The notes beneath the pieces are model-generated. The model searched no databases and was not told the origin of the DNA. It worked only from the letters and a program-made list of their open reading frames with translations. Shown here piece by piece: positions 12,400 through 23,049 of a stretch of 40,298 nt of DNA. Source of the stretch: Histomonas meleagridis 2922-C6/04-290x. Lineage: Eukaryota > Protista > Parabasalia. The stretch spans positions 1 through 40,298 of the forward strand of contig JAANOX010000148.1 of the NCBI GenBank assembly GCA_020184695.1, read 5' to 3'. Each line of letters starts with the position of its first letter. Within the stretch, counting starts at the first letter, position 1. The position numbers were made by a program, and so were the translations under genes.

Positions 12400-12719
12400 A
12401 TCAATTACACAACCGCAGACCAAACCTTCAAATCCTCTCAATCGATTTTTGAATGGTAAATTTAAAACGATAGAAAACGATCCCACTTTTTTATAAAAAT
12501 TATCATTTTTTCAATTCGATTTTCAATAAGAATTATAAATGAAAAACGATTTGGCAAAATGCAGTCCGATTAAAATACATTGAAAAAGTGATGCGTGTAA
12601 ACAATAATCCATAGAAATTTCTATTCAAAAGTGGGATCGTTTTCTATCGTTCTAAATTTACCCTTTAAAAATTGATTGAGAGAATTTGGAGGTTTGGTCT
12701 GCGGTTGTGTAATTGATCC
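12400..12719. mobile_element. Non-autonomous MITE, ~100 bp imperfect TIRs, 9-10 bp TSD (Mutator-like)
   Basis: atcaattacacaaccgcagaccaaacc...aaaacgatcccacttt at 12400-12490 is mirrored at about 12630-12717. The flanking direct repeat (G)TTGTGAATA is at 12390-12399 and 12720-12729. Confidence 0.85.
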
Positions 12720-13110
12720 GTTGTGAATACATTTGACAGCTTATCTGAATTTTTAGACAATATGAAATTAACGCTATCATTCTGTCTGGGGTTTCGACAA
12801 GAAAAGTGACAATTGTATCAAGTTATATGCTTATATGATTTATGTGTCGAAAAACAAAACCAATTATATATTCATAAATGTATTTTGTTATCAGATATTC
12901 ATATATAATAGAGAGTATAAATTCGTATTATTTTTATTTAATATGGATGCTTATAGTTAAGTAATATCCTAATGGAAAAAATCAAATATTGCAACATTTT
13001 ATTTCCTTAATTATTCCAAAATAAATAATTAGAAAGAAAAAATCACTGAAAGTAAGGAAAAAATTAAAAATGGAGAAGGGAGAAGAAATAAGAAAAGTAA
13101 AAAAATAATA

Positions 13111-14786
13111 TAAATTTTCGAATAAACCTACACATTGAATAAACCTACATCACTTTTTCTGACCGTTAAAAGTACGTCAAAGACCGTTTAGGTCCATTAT
13201 TTTCCAAAAAAATGAAGCGTACAAACGGAATACCATAACCAGGAATGATTAAAATGGAAATACATCAGGCCCTATCATAGTATTTATCAGAAACAGAATT
13301 ACGACGAGCAATTCTAAGAGAATTTCCTGAAGAAGATTTCGATAATGCATTGGTTAACCAGGCAGTGAAAATCTATCGAATTATCAGAGATTCAGACACA
13401 ATGAACATTACAATCAGTTAATTAGCTACATTATTAAATATTGACAGGGGTAATTTGAATTGGAAGATAAATAAAAAAGTACAAAATAAACCAGGTCACC
13501 CATCTTATATAACACAAGACAAAGAAGAAGAACTAGTTTCATATTTACAATTAAGATGTGAAGTCCACAAACCCATGACGTCTAAATATATAGATGATTA
13601 TATTTCAAACAATTTCAACATCGATGTTAGTCCATCATGGCACAATCATTTTGTAAAACGACACAGTGATATGATTTGTATGACAACTGCATACCCACAG
13701 GAGAAAGGACGAATTTATCTAATCAAACAAGATGGAGAAACTCACACCGATAATTCAAAAAAGTATGTTGAAAAGGTCCCAACTGAATTAATTTTTAATA
13801 TCGATGAGGTGGGATTCCAAAAGTAATCATATAAAAAAAATAAAAAAGTAATTGCCCCGATTACGATTAAGAATTCTCGGATCGAATATCCTGTTGAAAG
13901 GTCAAAAAAACGAATTAGTATTATATGTGCAATTTTTATGGCAGGTGACACATTGACACCAATGTTTATCACCCACAGAAAGACAATTTACAAAGAAATT
14001 CAGGGTACTGGTATAAGAGATGGTGAGGATCTTATCCTTGAATATCAACCAAAATCTTATGTCAATGGCAGTTTATTTTCTAAATACATTGATGAAGTTA
14101 TACTGAAGTACGTTAAGGAAATAAAAAAAAAATTGAATTATATGAAAATGAGCCTGCTATTATACTTCGTGACAATTGCAGCACATCACACCTAGATGAC
14201 AAGTTGCTTCGAAAGCTCGCAGGAAATAATATCAGACTGATTACTATACCTCCGCATTCATCACACATCTTTCAACCGTTAGATCTTGTTACGTTCGGAG
14301 TCTTTAAAAAAGAGATGCTGAGAGTAACATCAAAATATAATAAAGGAACAATTATAGATCGAATTGCAAGGGCATCGAAGTCAATTGAAAAAGCAACGAT
14401 ATCAGAAAACAATCGTTCAGCATTTGAAATTGCTGGTTTTAATATTGATTTCTCCACAGACCCAGAACGAGCAATAATCAACGAAGAATTTATGAGAGAA
14501 AAAATGAGCAAGTATGGGTTCATTGATAATCCTGAATATGAGAGTTCAGGGGAATTTGTATTCGTCAATAAAAACAAATTTAATTAATTTTTTATTTTAA
14601 CTTTTTTAATTCGAATAATCATATTTTATTGACAATTTTTATAATTTATAAAGAAAATACATTATTATTTCATATAATAATAGAAAATATAAAAATAATC
14701 TGATAATAAAAAAGATAAAATTATTCTTTTTTGAAAAAAGCATTAAAATATTTACAAAAAGTGATGTAGGTTTATTCAAAAATCTA
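13111..14786 (+). mobile_element. pogo/Tigger-like (Tc1/mariner superfamily) DNA transposon
   Basis: TIR core gaataaacctacatcactttt (13136-13157) is mirrored by aaaagtgatgtaggtttattc (14757-14777). The match extends outward to TA-flanked ends near 13111 and 14786. A DDE_1 transposase remnant lies inside. Confidence 0.75.
13211..14587 (+). pseudogene. pogo-like DDE_1 transposase with CENP-B-type HTH, fragmented
   Basis: Fragments EEELVSYL..SWHNHFVKRH, IFNIDEVGFQ, AGDTLTPMFI, DNCST (frameshifted) and IPPHSSHIFQPLDLVTFGVFK. Several in-frame stops and frameshifts. Confidence 0.8.
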
Positions 14787-16028
14787 TATTTTATGCTTTC
14801 ATTTTGGGAAACTAAACTTAATATATTCATACAAGTAATGCTACTTTTTGAGTATAAGCAAAGCTCTCCGCCATCTAACTAATATTTTTTATAAAATTAT
14901 TATTGAGACAATAAATTAATTTGATTTTTATATTGATTAATGATGTGATTGACATGTATATTTTTTTAACTTCGAGAAAACAATAATAATAAGATAGTAT
15001 TTTTTATTTTTGAAACATAAATATCAAACACAAAATCAAAAATAACGAAAACAAAATAATAGAAATTATTGAAGGAAATCTGAAAAATAATTTAGATCAA
15101 TATCCTTTGAGCAGGAAGAAAAAAGCTCGAATTTATGAATGATCAACGATATAGGATAATTGTGTGATTTTTATTCGTCCTACGATTCAAATTTGACTAT
15201 TAACCTCTTGGTTCTTGAACTATATCAATGATTTTTTTTTAATTTTTGTATTTTAGCAAAATGTTCAATTTTATTGAATGAATATCTATACAGATGCAAT
15301 TTGCACATTATCTTTATAATACTGACTTGAGATGCATTTATCGATTTATTTTATCTCATATTACTTATGTGCTTCAAATTTTAAATATGTTACATTTTTC
15401 AATTTATTTGACATTCTATGTAATGTTGTTAATTTCTCTATTTTTCCGAAAATGATTCAATACCACGGTTTTGAGAACGATACGAGCCGATTGAGTGATT
15501 TTTATTCACTCATTCAAATTTGACTTCGAACCGCTTGAACATGTAGAATGATATCAATAACTTAAAATCGGATTATAATCGTATATGGCGATCATCATAC
15601 GATTTTGATATTATGGATATATAATATATAAATACATAGTTGCATCTATGATTAATAAAAAACTAAGAATAATATCTTGATCTATTAAGAAATTAAAAAT
15701 TCAGAAATTATTTGGAAATGATGAAATATCATTCATTTAATTATATAAAATCTTGATATTAAATTCTTTCCAAATCTATCTAAAATATTAATGAACTCAA
15801 AAAAATTCAAATATATTGATGGCATATTCATGTAATTGTCGTATATAAGTTATTTTCGATATGTGAATCCACATTCAGCCATATATTACCTATTAACCTA
15901 TTTCAAAATTTAAGTATTCCAAATAAAATTAAAGATGTGAATGGATTTCATCATGAAGTTCATTCTATGTTTTTTTTTCATTTCATATAAAAATTCATAT
16001 CACATGTCCATTAAAATTTTTTCCAGCC

Positions 16029-16033
16029 TCATT
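16029..16033 (+). promoter_or_regulatory. Inr-like TCATT upstream of the DUF3447/ANK gene
   Basis: Consensus match 13 nt upstream of ATG 16047. Confidence 0.4.
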
Positions 16034-16046
16034 TAACAGCATTGGA

Positions 16047-17210
16047 ATGAGCACATCAAAGATAAATTCCTTTCCAGACTTAATTGCACTTACAGAAATA
16101 ATTTATAACATTAATATAAACAATCTTGATACATCTGTTTCTTCATTACGCAAATTTTATGATAATTCACGAACGTATTCATTCAACTTGATAATCTGCC
16201 GTTTCATTTACACTTTGTTTGTAACAAGACTGAAAAATATAGATATAATTATTGAGTTTTTGAATTTAATTGAACAAGATGAAAATTAAAATCAAGTTAA
16301 AATAATTGACATTTTTTCTCAATTCCTTCGGGAAAATAACTCACAAGGATCTAATTATCTTATCGGAAAGTTGATAGAAAAAGGTTTAATTAACTCATCG
16401 ATTACTATAAATATGAAAAATTTATATTTTTCACATTTTAAAGCACATTTCGTTTTAAACCATAGTTATCAATTTTCTGAATATTTCTTTAATAACATTG
16501 AAAAACTTAAAGCGAATAATTGGAAACTTCATCAGAAATATGTTAAAGAAGGAATAAATCAGAATGAAATTGCGAAAATAATTCGGAATGATGAAATAGA
16601 AAAACTTCAAGAAATATCATCACAAGCAAACTTCGATTTTAATCAAACAATTCCAAAATCACTTTATGAAAGATATTCATTTATTAATCATAAAGATGTT
16701 ACATTAATTGATTATGCAGCATTTTTTTCTTCAATTAAATGTTTTAAATATTTACTTATGAATGGAGCAAAATTAGATAATACAGGTAAATATGCAGTTG
16801 CAGGTGGAAATGAAGAAATAATTCATTTATGTGAACAAAATCATTCAACATTTAAAGATGCATATGAAGCAGCAATAGAATTTCATCGAAATGATATCTT
16901 TAAATATTTTTATGATAATAAGTTAAAAGAAATTAAGAATTTAGAAGAATTAGGAGTAAAATGTGTTTTACATGATAATTATGAACTTTTATCATTTTTA
17001 CTTAAAGAAGAATTGAAAATAAATGAAAATATTCTCATTGCTTCAATCATAACAGGGAATTTATATATTACTCAATATTTTCTCGAAATTAATCATATTC
17101 CTATTGATTTTTTGAAAATTTCGGGTTTTTCTGGAAATGTGGAACTTTATAACTATTTAATTAACAATAGATACATTGATTTTAGCAAGATTGTTTGCTT
17201 ATTTCATTAG
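16047..17210 (+). CDS. DUF3447/ankyrin-repeat protein, N-terminal part (one in-frame TAA at 16287-16289)
   Basis: ORFs 16047..16289 and 16371..17210 are in the same frame, and the 27 codons between them are open. Clear paralogy with the C-terminal half of 1407-3952 (WKLHQKYVKEGINQNEIAKIIRNDEIEKLQEIS). Confidence 0.8.
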
Positions 17211-18554
17211 ATTTTTATTAAAATATTTTATTGTTTCATAAAAATTTTTAAATTTTTTTTTAAATATTTTTAGCACTAACAAATGCTTCAAAAAATGGTT
17301 ATACAGAAATAGTTAAATTACTTCTTGAAAAAGAAGGAATTGATATTAATGCTAAAAATGAAATTTATTTTAAAAATTTTATATTTCAAAATAATATTTG
17401 GAAATTATTTAAATTATATCAAACAGCACTTATTTGGGCATCTTCAAAAGGTCATTCAGAAATAGTTAAATTACTTCTTGAACAAGAGAATATTGATATC
17501 AATGCTAAAGATATTTTTTTGTTTTATTTAAAATTTATTTTAATAATTTAATATTTCAAAATAATATTTGGAAATTATTTAAATAATTTAAAACAGCACT
17601 TATTTTGGCATCTGAAAATGGTCATACAGAAATAGTTAAATTACTTATTGAACAAAAAGGAATTGATATTAATGCTAAAGATATTTATTTGTTTTATTTA
17701 AAATTTATTTTAATAATTTGATATTTCAAAATAATATTTGGAAATTATTTAAATTATTTAAAACAGCACTTATATCTGCATCTGAAAATGGTCATACAGA
17801 AATAGTTAAATTACTTATTGAACAAAAAGGAATTGATATTAATGCTAAAGATATTTATTTGTTTTATTTGATGTTTATTTTAATAATTTGGGATTTCAAA
17901 ATAATATTTGGAAATTATTCAAAATATTTTGGACAGCACTTATATCTGCATCTGATAATGGTCATACAGAAATAGTTATATTGCTTCTTGAACAAGAAGG
18001 AATTGATATTAATGCTAAAGATATTTATTTATTTAAAATTTATTTTAATAATTTTCTATTTCAAAATAATATTTGGAAATTATTTAAATTATATCAAACA
18101 GCACTTATGTTTGCATCTTCAAATGGTCATACAGAAATAGTTAAATTACTTATTGAACAAGAAGGAATTGATATTAATGCTAAAGATATTTATTTGTTTT
18201 ATTTAAAATTTATTTTAATAATTTAATATTTCAAAATAATATTTGGAAATTATTTAAATTATTTTATACAGCACTTATGTTTGCATCTTCAAATGGTCAT
18301 ACAGAAATAGTTAAATTACTTCTTGAACAAGAGAATATTGATATCGATGTTAAAAATATTTTTTTGTTTTATTTAAAATATTTTTAAAAAATATGAAATT
18401 TCATATAAACATTTGGAATTACTTATAAAAATATAAAACAGCGCTTATGATATCATCAGAAAAGAAAAATGCAGAAATTATTCAATTATTTGCAGACAAA
18501 ATTCAACATCATAAATGTGATGACATAATAAAATTAAAAGATTCTCAAGGATAA
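17175..18554 (+). repeat. Interrupted ankyrin-repeat array: 7 full modules plus a terminal module, each preceded by a 63-80 nt AT-rich spacer
   Basis: Repeating TALxxASxNGHTEIVKLLxEQxGIDINAKD with a mostly 170-nt period. Thr codons at 17423, 17593, 17763, 17933, 18098, 18268 and 18438. The terminal module reads TALMISSEKKNAEIIQLF...SQG* (TAA 18552-18554). Confidence 0.9.
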
Positions 18555-19981
18555 AAGAGGTAATATTTAAATATTGAAATAAAAATTTCCTAAATTCAGT
18601 TTGTCTTCATACATTATCATTAACACATGAAATTTGATCAATATTTATATGAATCAAAATTTGATAAATAGAATATTTTATATCATATTTCATTGTATGA
18701 TTTTCATATAATTTGATGATAATTTTTGTGAAAAAAATGATGAAAAATTCATAACAACAAAAAATTCTTTACTATTCTAGGTATTATTTGCTCTTAAAGT
18801 TTAATGGAAATCTATTGAGTACACCTTATTACCTCCAGCCTGTTATGTACAGAAAATTTAGAAATTATTCAATTTCGGTATAAAGTATTGAATCTTTTTT
18901 GAGAAGCATCATTGAGTAATCAGGTGAAGCTTCACTTTTTCAATGCATGACGATCAAACCCGTTCGTGCAAAAATCAAATCCAAAAAAAGATAAGTTGTT
19001 AACTTTGCTTCTATTTTTTTATTTAATTATACCAAATTTTTTATAAAGATCTTTCATATATGGATTTTTTTATTCCCTTTTTATTTATCCTTGAATTATT
19101 AAAAACAACTTCAAGTACTATTGTACTTCAGGGTTAATTGTTAAATATAATTTTTTTTTTGAGCCGAGGAGATCGCTGAAACTCTGGGTTTGAGATTAAC
19201 TATATGTGTATATTGGTTAGATTCGCGAAAAAATAACTTAAGATTGGTTAGACTTATGAACTTGAGCCACTCACTTGGTTGTAATTGATTAAATCTCTCT
19301 TTATAGAGAGGATTGTGATATAAGTGATAAAATATAACAACAGATAGATATTGGAGAAATTTTGAAATTTTCAATTTGCAAGATAACTTCATCAAAATAT
19401 CAAGTCAGAATTTAAATTTGAAATATGCATACTAACTTTATTTACTTAATGTTCCAATCACATTTGAATATGAACAACAATAAAAAAAATATATTTGAAA
19501 ACATGTTTTTTCTATGCTTTTTGATCGTATTTACTTATTCGCGATGGTTTCGGCTTCGTTGCGATGAAATTTTCGATAATTTTTGCACTGTTAGGAATAT
19601 TTTTTTCGAATTTGTGATATTTGCATTTCCAATTAATAATCATATTAATTTTTTATATCAATTATATTTATAGATGTGAAAAATATCTCAATTTATATAT
19701 AAAAATATATACACCATTAGGTTTTGAAGAGTAGAAATATTTATGTATCGTGATATCGATTATTTTATAAGATATTTTTGTTTTAATTTTTCGGCGTTTT
19801 GCCAGCTTCACTTCTCATAATTCAATGGAAATTTTTGGATTCAAACCGCACCTGGAAAATTTTGGAAACCAAACCAAACGAATCCGATCAAATCTTATTT
19901 GATATTTGGTCGGTTTGATTGAAATATTCAGTAGGAAATTCGGTTTTATCCGCTTTAATCTTAGCAGTCCCTCCATTCCCA

Positions 19982-21124
19982 ATGATGAACAAAATGTTCT
20001 GTTCTTTGGGAAGAGCCATTAATAGGCTTTTCATACGAGAGAATTGGTTTTGGTCGCTTTTTGCAATCATTCGTATTGGTGGAACAACTTTACTTTATTT
20101 ATATTTTGAATTTCAGTATTCACAAATGTTTAATTTGGCGTGTAACATTGCAGCAAATTCCATCACGATTCATCCAAATAGTTATAATCCTTCATATCAA
20201 CATAATTTTATTTATATGAAAACTGACAATGTTACATATCCATTGTTAACAGATCCAGAATTTGGGATAACAGTTGAAGCGGCCAAGTTATATCGAACTG
20301 TTGAATATTGTCAATGGGTCGAAGAAGGATTTGATTCCACAGATAAAACCACACGTACACGACGTTATTACAAATCATGGGTTCACGCTCCTATCAACTC
20401 ATCCAATTTTATGGATCAACGATATTATAATCCATTAAGTAAGTCATATAATAATGCAGAGTTTCAACAAGATATTAATATTGGACTTTACACAGTTAAA
20501 TCAGAATTACTCAATGAAGCAGGTCAAACCAATGAGTTAAATCCCACCATTCAACATATTCATCAATTTATGAATAGTAATGCGCATAACAAATTTCATT
20601 ACATAGGAAATGGATATTTTTATTCGTCTACCGAAGAAAACCAAAACAAAGAAGTTAACATGCCAAAAAACAACAAAGAACTTCACCAATTTTTCCAGCA
20701 GTGTACTCCAGGTGATATCCGCAGTCGAATTACGTATTATGCGCCGAACAAACTTACGATCGTTGGATATTTAGAAGAACATAACATTATCATCAAAAAC
20801 ATTCGAGGTGTTCAAATGGGCGGCGCGCGCAGTGGCTACATGAGCGGGGACTTATTACTCAGTGAGCGTTATGCCCATAAACGTAAATTCGCATTGATCG
20901 CAAGATTAGTCGCAGTGATATCGTCCATCTTCTTAATATTAAATAGGTCAACATCACTGAAAGCAGAAATTTGGAACTTTTCAATGTTTGGGCTTTTGGT
21001 TTTGTTTATTCGTTCGCTCATGTGGAACACAGTTTACTTGAATCCTTACATTTGGTTCTCCATTCTGTCAATAATGTCTTGTATATATTCGACAAGGCCA
21101 GAACAGTTCGTGACATTCGATTAA
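19982..21124 (+). CDS. TMEM43 (LUMA/DUF1625)-like membrane protein
   Basis: LTDPEFGITVEAAKLYRTVEYCQWVEE and YYKSW..PINSSNF...YNP resemble TMEM43 motifs. One N-terminal TM and several C-terminal TMs. The start is uncertain (ORF opens at 19919; upstream ATG 19825 is out of frame). Confidence 0.6.
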   Translation: MMNKMFCSLGRAINRLFIRENWFWSLFAIIRIGGTTLLYLYFEFQYSQMFNLACNIAANSITIHPNSYNPSYQHNFIYMKTDNVTYPLLTDPEFGITVEAAKLYRTVEYCQWVEEGFDSTDKTTRTRRYYKSWVHAPINSSNFMDQRYYNPLSKSYNNAEFQQDINIGLYTVKSELLNEAGQTNELNPTIQHIHQFMNSNAHNKFHYIGNGYFYSSTEENQNKEVNMPKNNKELHQFFQQCTPGDIRSRITYYAPNKLTIVGYLEEHNIIIKNIRGVQMGGARSGYMSGDLLLSERYAHKRKFALIARLVAVISSIFLILNRSTSLKAEIWNFSMFGLLVLFIRSLMWNTVYLNPYIWFSILSIMSCIYSTRPEQFVTFD

Positions 21125-21490
21125 ATTTAGGTATAAAATATTTAAAATAATAATATTTTGTAATAATAAAAATGAAATTTTCTTTCAATTTTTATTTTAT
21201 TTTCATTTTTAAATGTGTTGATAATATTTTCGAACTTCCAAATGTTCGAATGAATGAATTTTATGATATTTTTCTAAAAATCACAAACTTTCTCCTATTT
21301 TATTCCTTTCCTTTATTTTTTTTGCTTTAATTTCCTTTTTTAAACAGTTTGTATTATATTTTATTTTTAAAGTAAAACATATTTAGCAAAAGAAAATATT
21401 TTATTATAAAGAAAAAAGTGACTAACTCACAAAATGAATAGTTTACGTTGACTTACCCAACACCTACAAGCACATAGAATCCAATTGTAA

Positions 21491-21949
21491 ATGGTTGAAA
21501 CAAATGATTTTTCAACGTTGAGATACCAATTGAAACCAACAGTTTACGATTCTAGTCTTTTGGACCTACTTGGTGTAAAACGATTTGATGAATTGAATCA
21601 AACAATAAAAGAAGGTGTTTGTAATACATATAAATCAGAAATGCTTCCTTACTGCGAAGAACTAATAGAAAATGAGCGCATTGTTGGAAGGTTTGGAATG
21701 GGGTCAAATGAGTTAATTGATGATGAATCCTGGTTCCAGGATCCAGAATCACTATCTGATTTAGAACTAACAAAAGCTATTTCATCCTTAACTTTTCGCA
21801 TTGAACAGCAAAAATCATTGAATGATCAAGCCAAAAAAGATCTTGATATTCTTGCTTTAGCAAAGCAAACACTTGATTTGGATGTTGGTTTTTTCCTTGC
21901 AGATCTCATTACTGAGGAATTGGATGTAATTGATGATGTAGGAGATTAA
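21491..21949 (+). CDS. Hypothetical protein, acidic with a C-terminal coiled-coil-like segment
   Basis: 152-aa ATG-initiated ORF with coding-like composition; no family recognised. Confidence 0.6.
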   Translation: MVETNDFSTLRYQLKPTVYDSSLLDLLGVKRFDELNQTIKEGVCNTYKSEMLPYCEELIENERIVGRFGMGSNELIDDESWFQDPESLSDLELTKAISSLTFRIEQQKSLNDQAKKDLDILALAKQTLDLDVGFFLADLITEELDVIDDVGD

Positions 21950-22164
21950 TAATCATTCTTAAGTGAGTTCGCAAAAAATATTATAATTTGTAAATTTGAT
22001 TTGAATTTTTCTTTGTTATAATGCTTTGTAATGCAAAAATCGACATCTTTAATTAAAAAACAAATCCCCCAAGTCATGAATTCTTAACGTTTCAATACTC
22101 ACAATTATTTCTATGTGTTTGATCAAATTCGAAAAATACGTTAATATCGGGATTAATCCCACGC

Positions 22165-23049
22165 ATGAACCAACAGTGGGTTGTATCAATTTTTTTGTGT
22201 CTAACCCACGTTGTTAGACTTGTAATGGTTATAATATCAATATACCATTTTTATGTTTCATCACAAAAAAATCTTTTTATCTCATTTCTTGTAATATTTT
22301 TAATTTTTTACATAGTACAGATTATTTTCATGTCTAACAATGTTGTAAATACTATCTTTACAATTTTTGGATTACCTTACATCAGAATTCCTTTTCTCAT
22401 CCAGAAGAAGCGTTTTAAATCACGAATTGTTGGATTTATTTGCATTGAAATTCTTACTTGTCTTTGTTCTTCCTACTTTTCTTCTTACTTTCTTCGACAT
22501 ACATCACATCTTCAGCTTTGGGTATCATTATCAATTCTTATTCCAACATATCTTGATCTCCCATTGTTATACCAAGGGACACTATTCCGACAACCTATGA
22601 TTAGAGAAGTCAAAACTTATCTTCTTCTTGTTTTTGAGGTTGCCATCACATCACTTTTTTTTTCAATTTTTTTTCTTTTTAATCATTTTTGGGTGATTTT
22701 TTGTGTATCATGTTGGCGATTTTTAATTCTTTATGAACCTTATGCATTTTGGTCATCGTTGCACAGTTTTCTTTCTCCATTTGCAGCAATTCGCATGTCA
22801 AAATCAGCTCGTTCACTTTTGATAATATATCTTCTTCAGATGGAGCTCCTTTTAATTATCTTTTGTACAATTTGGCACATGGAAAAAAACGCATATAATT
22901 CGGTGATTGCATATCTCTTTGCGTGCTACTTCGCCGTCTTTGAATTGTACAATTTAATTGTATCAATTAAACCATGTACAAATCGTGTGATACCAATAGG
23001 TTGGGCAAAAGATGAAGAAACAAATGCGTTTAACCCGGCAATACTTTAA
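22165..23049 (+). CDS. Hypothetical multi-pass membrane protein
   Basis: 294-aa ATG ORF with about 8 hydrophobic segments. Confidence 0.65.
   Translation: MNQQWVVSIFLCLTHVVRLVMVIISIYHFYVSSQKNLFISFLVIFLIFYIVQIIFMSNNVVNTIFTIFGLPYIRIPFLIQKKRFKSRIVGFICIEILTCLCSSYFSSYFLRHTSHLQLWVSLSILIPTYLDLPLLYQGTLFRQPMIREVKTYLLLVFEVAITSLFFSIFFLFNHFWVIFCVSCWRFLILYEPYAFWSSLHSFLSPFAAIRMSKSARSLLIIYLLQMELLLIIFCTIWHMEKNAYNSVIAYLFACYFAVFELYNLIVSIKPCTNRVIPIGWAKDEETNAFNPAIL

Noticed and set aside
17546-17568. T4 gene 60-type ribosome hop (ATT TAA ... hairpin ... ATT in the TAL frame)
   Set aside because: Landing there runs into in-frame stops in several units (17584; 4300-4700 array) and would add ~20 hydrophobic residues per repeat.
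17513-17596. Canonical GT-AG or U12 AT-AC intron explanation for the ankyrin spacers
   Set aside because: Both cuts leave the downstream module out of frame, and the AG is absent in the unit at 4356.
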